A model generated the notes under the pieces. That model made no database searches and was not told the DNA's origin. It worked only from the letters and a program-made list of their open reading frames with translations. A program made the position numbers and the translations under genes. From assembly GCF_022045235.1 (NCBI RefSeq), contig NW_027266270.1, forward strand, positions 868,001 to 932,000: a stretch of 64,000 nt of DNA, read 5' to 3'. This document shows, one piece after another, positions 53,462 to 64,000 of this stretch. Position 1 is the first letter of the stretch; every line of letters starts with the position of its first letter. The DNA comes from Haliotis cracherodii (Eukaryota).

Positions 53462-56400
53462 GGTCATTACAACACAAAGTGGAAGTCTTTGAATAAAAAC
53501 AAATCCGAACATATTGTCGTTGTGATGAGTCAGAGGTGTGACAGTACTAATGTCGTGTAATTCAATATTAGGCATGTGCTTATGGCATCCGGTGCATGAA
53601 CATCACCAGTGAAGATGTTGTAGGCCCCAAAATGTCAGCTGTCTTTGACATTCACCAACAGCAAGGAAAAATGACCAACTTTTTCTACCACCATCAGAAC
53701 AACGATACTAGACAAACTATGTTATAAAATAGACAAAATACTTTCCACTCGTCCTTGTAATTATTTGACCAAAACAACAAAAAACCACTAGACAAGTACT
53801 ATTTGTATTCTTGCACCAACTGCATACTTACCTATTCACCGTACACAAAATGCTAAACAGCCAACAATGCACACATGCCAACACAATCAAATAACATCTC
53901 CACTGTTTGAATCTGAAATGACTGTTTCTATTTTCCCACCCTAGACCAGGATCTCTTCCCAATACAATCCCCATACCAAGAAACAGCCTGTCTCACAGTC
54001 CCTTATCCATATTATTTTCCCATCTGTCCTGCATTACTGTTATGCTATGGCTCTAAATGAAGCAAGCCTAGATTTTCCGCAAGCTCAGGTTCTGAATATC
54101 CCATCTTACTGGGGCTCCATTTCGATTTTAATGTAATTATTGTTTCTAAATAATATATATAGACTAAGCGTTAGTCTAACCAAGAAACAAAATAATCTGG
54201 CTTGATGATTACTTTAACACAGAGCTTATTGCTTTGAGTGAGTGAGTAGTCAGGTATAAATAACAGAATTTGCTGTTATTGGGAGGTCAAATCCTTTACC
54301 TTTCTTTGTTTAGCATTTGTAGGACTCAACATGTCAACTGCCTGTCGTCTGCGGCTACAATTACAACTAACATATACAAGCAAAATCATTCCTCAGAAAT
54401 TAACAAACGCAGTTTATTATTTGCCATTGCTATGATCATAACGTATACATACGTAAATTTGTACAGTTAGGAGATGAACATACTGTGTTTTCAATGTAGA
54501 GCAAGGTTACCTGTAGATTTAACATCGCTAAATTGAATTTGGAACCAAACGTGCACGTGTCATAGCACTCATTGTGACGCAAAAGATACGACGTCACAGT
54601 CGTATACAGAGAAGCGCCAAATTCCAAGCTGTTGGCCCCAAAACTTAAAATACATTCTCTTTAAAGATTTCTATCATGTTTCCTGCACATTGTGTATTGC
54701 CACACATCCTCTGAGTATTGTAGTAACTGCAACTTTGCGTTTTGTAACCTAGAATTGTAGATATTACTTATCTAAATAATTATACCTACCGACAATGACT
54801 GAAAAAAGTACTATTTTGGATATTAACGTTCGCAGTGATGCAGACGTTAAACCAGCTGTTTCAATCAGAGGGGGTTTATTGTGATTTAATAGTCTCTGAT
54901 TGACCAATCAGAATCAAGTAATTTCCAAATTCGTGGTAGAATTGCTATTCAAATGTACATGTACAATAAAACCAGGTTATCACTGCTGTCCCTATTTATT
55001 GGCACAAAATCAAGCTTCAAATACCAAGATACCCAATATGGGATCTGTATTTGAAAATAATTGTCATCAAACTTTTAATTGTAATCAATATGATTGAATT
55101 ACTGCCAATGTCAGTTGAAATATTAACTCACTCATTCCTACAAGAAGAGAACCACATGAGAATTTATGGTTCATCATAGAGGAGACAGGTCCTAGATGTG
55201 CTCAACTGGTCCACATGAATAGTGACACTGGATGCATTACATTAGGCAGGATTCGTGAGTGAGTGAGTTGTGTTTTAACGCCACTTTTAACAGTATTCCA
55301 GTTATATCACGCCGTGTCAGCTGAATGTGAGAGGAAAGCCCCAAGTGATGCAGGTCTCAGGCGTTTACCACTTCGATGAAACCCACGAGCACGAGTATGG
55401 AGCTGACAAACCTAGAAATATTATTCGGGCAAATTGGGATTCGAACCCGCAATCATAGGTTTCTGGCGTGCCCAAGGGACGCAACTCTGCACAGCGAATT
55501 GCAGCACCTCAGAGGACTGAGCCACCAGTGCCCCCAATTCATGATTAAGTGTTTTCTTGGCATTCTAGAAGTTGGTGAGTAAATAAGAAAACAAAAAGCT
55601 GTAAGGACAACAACTCGGTCAACAGACTCTGTCATAAGTAGGGCTGGCTAAAAACATCGATAATCCGAATTATCGTCGATGGGAAGAAATATTACCGATA
55701 ATCGATATGAAAATTGTGTCATCGATAATATCTCACAAAAACTATTGTGATGAATAAAGTTTTAAGTTACTGAAGATTGAAAGCAACTGATTTTGTTAGA
55801 CCTTAAATATACACAAAATTATCCATGTATAAATGTGTCACCACTCACCAGTGATATGAAACGTGATGTTTTGTCTCCGAGCTTTTTGTATATTTGCTGA
55901 AAGTTACTTATCTGATATTTATCGATTATTGATTGATATCCTCACAAACAGAATAAAATACCACACTAACAGCCCAAAACATCAAGAAATTATAATTTGT
56001 ACCACTCCTCAGGGTGCCAATTACACCGACTACGGTACAGCCTCTTCGTCCATATACAGGTGAATCTGGACACTGTATTTACACATCACAATAACGAAGC
56101 AAAAGTGTAAACTCCAATGAATAACTTATTCATCAAAAATAGGTCATAGTGACCCGATACTCTTTCATCGATCAATAGTCAAAACAAGCGTATTGATCAT
56201 GTCAACACAAATGTGCCACCCACGGACCAGATACAGTGTTGTATAAGCAGAATAAAACAGCAGATGTTCACCAACTCTCCTGGTGTATAAATCAAGTATA
56301 CTACATAAGCTGCTGGGTCTGTGAGACTTTATCAGTATTTATCGATATATATTCAGTCATGTTATAACACAATAACAAGGAGCAAACATGTGAGGCAGTT

Positions 56401-58890
56401 ACTGTAAGCCGGTGCTTCTCTAGAAATTCCTGTTATCATTATCTTAATATGTGTCTAAAAGATTGCCATATTTACCAGTATTTGACAGTGTTTACAACAT
56501 AAATTTATGGTAAGAATCTTAATATGTAGCAGAATAGTCATGATGAAATTGCAAAATTAATATAATTATGTGATTTGGTCACATTGCTGCTCATAACTAC
56601 TCCGTAAGGTAGAAAATCTGAAGTGAAGGCATCAGCCACAGCAAAGATTTTGACAGCTGTACACACACAAAAAGTAGACCTACTAATAAAATCAAAGAAT
56701 GTAGGTTACATAAATGCAAAGAAAAGAAAGACAACCATATATAGTGTGGTGTGACACTTTTGTATCAGTAATGTTGACACATTCAGGAACAAAAGAGATG
56801 TCACTCTACACAAAAAATTCTCAAAATAAGAGTCACTCATATTCATGATTCAATGAATCATCTGTATTACAAGTTTCAGGAAAAAGAATCATGATGTTTA
56901 AAACCAATGACTCATAACAGTGATACATGTTTTAACATGGCGATGGAACATGGATATCATGGTTGTATGGATATAATAATAATAATAATAATAATACCCT
57001 TAGCAATGGATCAGTGTTGATTTTCATTGTGAAGGTAAACTGTCACATTACCATCTCATCCTACCGGGTACCCATTCAGTGCTGGGTCAACAAAGTCAAA
57101 CTTGGAGCAAAGTGACTTGCCAGGAGACACCTCATTTAACATGTGCTTCAGTGTGGGTCAGAATAGAAGCCCAACAAACTCTCAAGTGTCAAGCTGCCAA
57201 ACATGTTTACCCACTGGCCCACTATCCGCGACCAATGTTACTTAGTTTTGCCTGATTTGTGACCTGAGCACTGTGCACGGTTGGTCTGGGACGAGACCTC
57301 ATGCTTTACGGGGGTAACTGTTCCCCAATTACCCGACCCGCTCTAGGTCTCGAGTTGAGTACAAAATGTCTGTTTGTGAACTGTTTTACCAGAACCCTGG
57401 CAAAACTACCCACAGATACACACATAAAATGACCTTGTCATGAATACACTGAAGTTGACAGAAGCTTTATCTTTACACAAACAGATAAAAGTCAGATGAA
57501 GTGCATGCATTGTCAGGAAGAAATGCCAACATTTAGCAACTTGTAGTGTAACCATGGAGTTTGATTCTTATTGTCATTAAACGATATATATCACATGTGA
57601 CTAACCAACTAACAGGTCCACGAAGTCCTGCGTTTTAATACCGACCTCTGTATGTTCTAAGTAGTATCTCATATCTGGCAATATAAATCAATTTGGATTT
57701 CATCACAGAACAGTAGTGATTATCAGTTCATAACCCAACAATAATCAGTTATATTATATATGCATTGTGTATTTCCATAATTACAACACATGGGTCCAAG
57801 TACCTATTGTTGTGATGATTTTAAATATGAAATTTTTTATTTCTTAACTGAAAATTTGTTGAAAATGCCTAATTTACAACCTCAGTGTTCAGACCACAAT
57901 CCACCATAAATTGTTTGATAGGCACTACTTAGAAGTTGACAGATGACAAAGTAGACACAATTTATGGATAACAAATTAAAGAAGTTGTCATCCATAAATT
58001 GTGTCTACTTTATCTCCACCATAGTATGTAGGCAGTTGCAACTTATCTGTGCAGAAGTAGATCTAGGGCCAAGTACAGGGCACCCAAACTGTCATTACAG
58101 CGTTAGAAATTGGCACTAGTCCTGTAGTCCTTACCAAACTGCCCAATAGTAAAGGTATCCTCAGGACTATTAGAATTTGGCCCATTTTAAGGATTTTGCT
58201 ACATGTTATCATTATAAGGACTAGTGGACAAAAATTGTTAATTTCTAACCCTGCATTATATTAATACCAACACACTATCTGACAACATAGGAACGTCATT
58301 TATATGATGTAATGTCATCAAAACAACTTCCGAATACAATCACAACATATTTTCCAACAGTTACCCAGTATGTGGTAACATCTCTGACAGAGTAAGCCTG
58401 ATGCCTCCCTAACACAACATGTTTATGTCCCAGGCAAGAGGGGTCCAAATATACTCTGAGTTACAAACTAGACCCATGAATACATCCATCTTCTATATGG
58501 AGCAAACACCGAGCTTTACTTATTACATTAATATATTTTCCATTTGCCGGTGTTACATATGTAGTGTTGTAGCGAGCAGTAAGTTCGTGGGCTACTGGTT
58601 TGTCCGATATATCCTCAACTTGGTGGAGTTCAGAGTGACACATAGGACGTTATTGTTGGACCAGGTCGTCCCGTTTGTGTGGTGTTCGGACGCATGTAAT
58701 AAGCAAGTTGGACGCTCGTGACTCACGACAATGTAAACTGATACTGTCATTTCACACCAGACACGATTCGTCTTCATTTTGAACTTGTTATCTCAACTTC
58801 TACGAATAACCCCAGACTAACGAGCTCATCTCCGCCATTTCTGTCCGATTTTCACAGGCGATCATCCCCTTTAAACCCCAAAATACCAAC

Positions 58891-58925
58891 CTTAGTTTGT
58901 CGTGCGGATCAAAATCTGCCGCCAT
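58891..58925 (-). CDS. CRK: Crk-family adaptor, coding exon 1 of 8
   Basis: MAADFDPHDKL(S) resembles the Crk N-terminus (MAGNFD...SWY); the phase-2 donor AG|GTTGGT matches exon 2. Confidence 0.8.
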
Positions 58926-59929
58926 AGTGTCATCAAGAGACAAAACTGTCAATAGTAGTCTTCACATTGATGTAAATTCTTTCCAGGAAGTTTAGATCGA
59001 TAAATATGGCGACTAGTGGACGACAACTTCTGCGACAAGTTACGGCTTCCTATGGAATCCCTGCTGGGTCATACATACGAGTTACTTCCCTTGGCGACAG
59101 GTGCTCGATGGAGCCGAGAGGTGAAGATACGATATAATATAAACAGGTTCGCCGAGGAAGTAGTGATGGGACCTGGCCTATCATCCTAACAGCAACACAA
59201 GTAAACACTAATCCCTTTCAATTAAATGTTGAAATCCCGTGGCAGGTGATTGTTTTCACAGTTCGCAAAAGTCTTATTCGTGAGTGATTAAAAGAGCCCT
59301 TAATGAGGTAATAAACACCTCAAGCTTTAAAATATTGTCTTTTAGTTTCCTAATGCCTCACACTTCGTAATTAAATTCTTGGTCACTCGGCCATAGCGTT
59401 AGTTTGGCAAACAAAAGACAGTCGATAATTCCTTGAGTCGATAACTACTTGGGGAAATTAAACTTGTCTTGCATGAACAATACACCAAGGATTACGCATA
59501 TTTCTGCAGGTGTATCTACAAAGGATACAGATAACCCCAACAGCATACATGCCGCGGGGAGAGCTGGTTCACATCACAATCACAAGTACACAGACCCCGG
59601 ATTACACTCACGTATACAAATGTACCCAAATGATACGAATTCTGCTTTTATAGTTTATATATACACATGCTAATAGTTTGTGTCACCCCTAGATATATGC
59701 GTGTTTGTTGAGAGGGGTTACTATAATTATGAGTATATGTTTACACGATTTAATCTTGCACGGTTAAAACGTTCATACTCCAGTAAACCACCATAATGTA
59801 AAATTCATTTCTTAAATAAACACCTACGTGTTATCTAAATTATACGGATCAGCTTGTATAGTTTGCAATATATATGTTTACACAGACACATAAACACATG
59901 TGTGTGTGCCTTTAATTGAATATAAACAG

Positions 59930-60126
59930 CCATGTGTCTTGGTATAAACACGTCTATTGACCATCTGTATTGTATCTGACAATGTGTCTTGGTGTAAACA
60001 CCTATGTGGTATTTGTCTTGGTATAAACACCTGTATTGACAATGTATCTTGATATAACACCTGTATTGACAATGTATCTTGATATAACACCTGTATTGAC
60101 AATGTATCTTGATATAACACATGTAT
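59930..60126. repeat. 30-bp degenerate tandem repeat
   Basis: ctgtattgacaatgtatcttgatataacac. Confidence 0.85.
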
Positions 60127-60909
60127 TTCTCCATGACTCTTGTGATGGGATATGTATCTTTGTCGTGGCTTAAGCACATATACTTGACGACGTGTATCGA
60201 TGGATCCCCAGCATGCCAACTCCGCTACCTGCACAACATTCCCACTCACACCCACTCAGAACACCTCGGAACACCTTCCTGCGTGAGTGGACACTGATTA
60301 AGTAATTACCTGTCGAACGGGACTCTTCTCCCGTCAATCAACTCCAAGCCACACGCTCCATCAGCACTGACAGCAGCACTGGGCGCGGGCTCAACCAGTC
60401 ATGCGTATTGGAATGTTTGTTGCATAATCGCTACGCCATATCTCGATATACAAACTGTTACATATGTAATCGGGAGCAGACTTACCCGACAGTTAGAACC
60501 ACCCGACCCGTTACGGCTCTACAGATTAAAAACACACTATTTATCTGGTATGTTGTAAAAATGTGAAACCCCGTTTTATACAAGGTAGACACAATTTTAT
60601 GGAAGTTGTTATCCATACCTTGTCCCCCGTCAACTTGTAAGTAATGCCTATCAAACAAGTCAGCTTTATACGTTGGGGAGTCGGAGGTAGAACATTTACT
60701 AGTGGGTTGGGTTTAACGCCTGGGAGCTGAGCCCGTTATCACAGGAGCCTGCATCACATAAGGGACGTAACTCTGCACAGTGCATGGCTGTATCATAGAC
60801 GACTGGGCCTAGGAGGCCTCGCGTGTTTTATGGTTCGAAATAAGTGCATTTTAGTTATGCAACCGAAAATTGCTGATGGTGGCATAAAACAACACCCACT
60901 CACTCGTTA

Positions 60910-61440
60910 NNNNNNNNNNNNNNNNNNNNNNNNNNNNNNNNNNNNNNNNNNNNNNNNNNNNNNNNNNNNNNNNNNNNNNNNNNNNNNNNNNNNNNNNNNN
61001 NNNNNNNNNNNNNNNNNNNNNNNNNNNNNNNNNNNNNNNNNNNNNNNNNNNNNNNNNNNNNNNNNNNNNNNNNNNNNNNNNNNNNNNNNNNNNNNNNNNN
61101 NNNNNNNNNNNNNNNNNNNNNNNNNNNNNNNNNNNNNNNNNNNNNNNNNNNNNNNNNNNNNNNNNNNNNNNNNNNNNNNNNNNNNNNNNNNNNNNNNNNN
61201 NNNNNNNNNNNNNNNNNNNNNNNNNNNNNNNNNNNNNNNNNNNNNNNNNNNNNNNNNNNNNNNNNNNNNNNNNNNNNNNNNNNNNNNNNNNNNNNNNNNN
61301 NNNNNNNNNNNNNNNNNNNNNNNNNNNNNNNNNNNNNNNNNNNNNNNNNNNNNNNNNNNNNNNNNNNNNNNNNNNNNNNNNNNNNNNNNNNNNNNNNNNN
61401 NNNNNNNNNNNNNNNNNNNNNNNNNNNNNNNNNNNNNNNN
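60910..61440. other. Assembly gap (531 N)
   Basis: Run of N. Confidence 1.
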
Positions 61441-61485
61441 GTTGATTTTGAATTTATACTTTCAATTTCCATTTCATAATTGTCC

Positions 61486-61843
61486 GACCGCCTCCGTGGT
61501 CTAGTGGTAGAGCGTCCGCCCGGAGAGCGGAAGGTCCGGGGTTCGATCCCCGACCGCGTCATACCAAAAGACGTTAAAAAGATGGTACTTGTTGTTACCC
61601 TGTCTGGCGCTCGGCATGAAGGGGCTAAAACAAGGACTGGTCGGCTCGGAGTCAGTATAGTGTGTCTGAGTGGGGTATTCATGTTAAACTGCGGCATGGT
61701 ATCTCAGTGTGCTAGCACTATAAATCGGCATCAGTCCGGACTAGTACAAGCAGCCACACAAACACACACACGTACATGCACGTCGCTATATAAGTGCAAT
61801 AATCTTGGACGCGACGTTAAACCGCATTTCACCTCGCCTCACC
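61486..61843 (+). mobile_element. tRNA-derived SINE, family B, intact copy
   Basis: A box TGGTCTAGTGG, B box GGTTCGATCCC, (cacct)n tail, 12-bp TSD tcataattgtcc (61474-61485 / 61844-61855). Confidence 0.9.
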
Positions 61844-62452
61844 TCATAATTGTCCATATATTTATTTTATTATTGTTTCGCAGTTCACCCACTCACTAAC
61901 AAATTAACAATCTAAGGCGTTATTAAACGGTTGGGTCCCTTTGGTAAAATAAAACATACATTGCAAGCGATCACAGAGAATTGCGCCCAAAATCTAATTC
62001 CACGTCGTTTGATACGGAAGTATTATAATTTATGCTGTACCTTAATTCTGTACAACAGCAACAAATTCAGTGGTGCTATTTCCTTAAAATATTTTGATTC
62101 TTGACGCCCTTAATTAACCAGAATAGGCCAAGCTCTGTGTATCGTGATAACATGTTGATGTTTCATGTCACACGTCAGTGTGAGTAAATAATCTGTTCAT
62201 CGCGAAAACTCGAAATCTTGTGGCAAAACAATCGACCGTAGAAAAATATATCCTATGACTCATATCAATCATGAGTCAAAACATTAGATGCAACGTTAAA
62301 GATCTAGTCTATTAACTTACGTGTTAAATTAGTTGTGAATGAATATGCATTAATTGTAGTGTTATCCTTCAAGCGTCATTTAGGGGAACTAGCATTGCAT
62401 AGAAGAAAAACACTTTGGTTTGAGAGTCACTCACATGGCTGCCAAAGGGAAA

Positions 62453-62646
62453 ATGGCGGCAACTTCTACACCTTTTGTTTTATTTTTGTTGGCTTTGCTA
62501 ATCGTACTTTTAATTGACTCTTCTCAGTCAGCCAAGTTAAATGCACCGAAAGTTCTGCTTCCTTATTATAGTTCAGTAATCGCCAATTTTACGTTAGAAG
62601 TGGAGTTTTCTCCCGAAGAGGCACAGGGAGCCAGTTGTTATCGATG
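62453..62646 (+). CDS. NUP210: Nuclear pore membrane glycoprotein 210 (gp210), first coding exon; gene continues beyond the window
   Basis: AAAATGGCG start (alternative in-frame ATG at 62435); hydrophobic signal peptide, then AKLNAPKVLLPY...NFTLE...CYRW matching the gp210 N-terminus; TG|GTAAGA donor. Confidence 0.9.
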
Positions 62647-64000
62647 GTAAGATTAATTGTTCGGATTTCGATCACACCAAAATGAAACTGCATCCAGCTT
62701 ACTCACATTGAAAACGTTGTCGGTCCACAACTGAAAATGTAAAGTGATGAGAAAATGGCAACTGAAGTGTCCTATATGGCTGTCTTACGTCATAATAAGT
62801 GATTAGTTATGTTTGACAATAATGCATCATCCATCATCAGTTACTAATTTCAATTCAGCTTTGTATTTGTAGCCAAATTTGAATGTTTTTTTAAACAGTT
62901 GACTTGTTTAAGCAATTTCTACTCGTCTTATGCGTACCTTTACCAGGTTCAACACACTACCAATGTCTCCCAATTTGGAAAATGATAATTCTTTGAAACA
63001 GCTAAAAAACGTCAAATAATCAGAGCAAATAGTGGTGTCACTGTACACCGACCTAACATATCTTCATATTCCATGGGTTCCGCTCCCTGTATAAAAACGC
63101 ACTCATCCTAGTCCTACTAGCAGCTATAAGCATTTTTTGTCAATAAAGTAAAGCTATTGCCCCAGTGGTTGTCAAGTAACAAACATTTTATTTCCCATGT
63201 CATAATCAAGTCACAATCAAGTCAATCATGTCCAAGTTGATAATGGTATTATAGTACATAGTGTGTGTCGGTTGTATCTTCACATTTCTGATCTTTTTAT
63301 GAACTAAACTCAATAGGGATGATACACCTGATATGGGAAGTTACGTATCTGTGTTGTGTTGACCAATTATATACCTTATCCATAACAAGAATGTCTACTG
63401 GTCCAAATAGTGATAACACACATCAATACAATACTGACCAAAATGTTTTCTTTCAGGATACCTTTAACATCAACATAATTGATGCCTGCTTGGCCTTGTG
63501 GGCTAGTGCTAGTTTCCGTCCCCGGTTTTTATATCAGGTTTAGTAAACCTCTAACAGTCAATTGAGACCCGCTATCTATGGGAAGAAATCACAAGGACAC
63601 AAGCATCAATTATATTCAGTGGAAGAAAACTATTTATGAAGTTAACTTTGGTAAAGTGACAACATGGACACCAGTGCCCTCACAGAATATGTGAGTCTGT
63701 AATGACAGTATCAGTATAGAACTTTAGACACAGTATCTAGTATTTTCAATATCATGTGATGATCTAAACTGATCTTCTAAAAGTGCCAGTCATTCACCCT
63801 TTAGATGACAAACATGGTACTTTGTTCAGTCATGAAGTCATGTATCCATACCAAATGATGCATGTTCCACTAAGTGGAGTAGGGTACATGGCTCCAAGAT
63901 GAACTCTACAGTCTGTGACTTCAGCAGCTGCCCGGTAGTTCCAATCCTGGGTTTAGTGAAAGTTTCTTTGTTCTAGTTCACTAAACTAAAAATACTCCAT

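Noticed and set aside
52297-53560. 381-aa and 406-aa 12-residue-repeat ORFs
   Set aside because: Translation of a SINE-head-derived 36-bp minisatellite, open on both strands
60830-61899. ORFs spanning or next to the N run
   Set aside because: Artefacts of the gap and of SINE-B sequence

Overview
Repeat-rich animal genomic DNA. The SINE repertoire and gene structures suggest an invertebrate, probably a mollusc such as abalone (inference). Three spliced protein-coding genes were assembled by hand from GT-AG boundaries. (1) A complete 8-exon TRDMT1/DNMT2 tRNA C38 methyltransferase on the minus strand (15910->2155, 1227 nt, 408 aa). (2) A complete 8-exon Crk-family SH2-SH3-SH3 adaptor on the minus strand (58925->30662, 768 nt, 255 aa). 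(3) The first coding exon of NUP210/gp210 on the plus strand, head-to-head with CRK. The rest is a 5'-truncated RT-RNase H LINE, at least four SINE-type families, MITEs, fossil Tc1 and Mutator transposases, many minisatellites and a 531-N gap. The most striking observation is in CRK: the 5' splice site of the exon carrying the regulatory YxxP linker has been tandemly amplified into a 27 x 30-bp, stop-free, in-frame array. Seven extra copies keep a perfect GAC|GTAAGT donor and 19 have it inactivated, giving a potential ladder of linker-length isoforms. Second, two separate minisatellites are both tandem amplifications of the tRNA-derived A-box head of one SINE family. No expression evidence is available, so all functional claims are inference.
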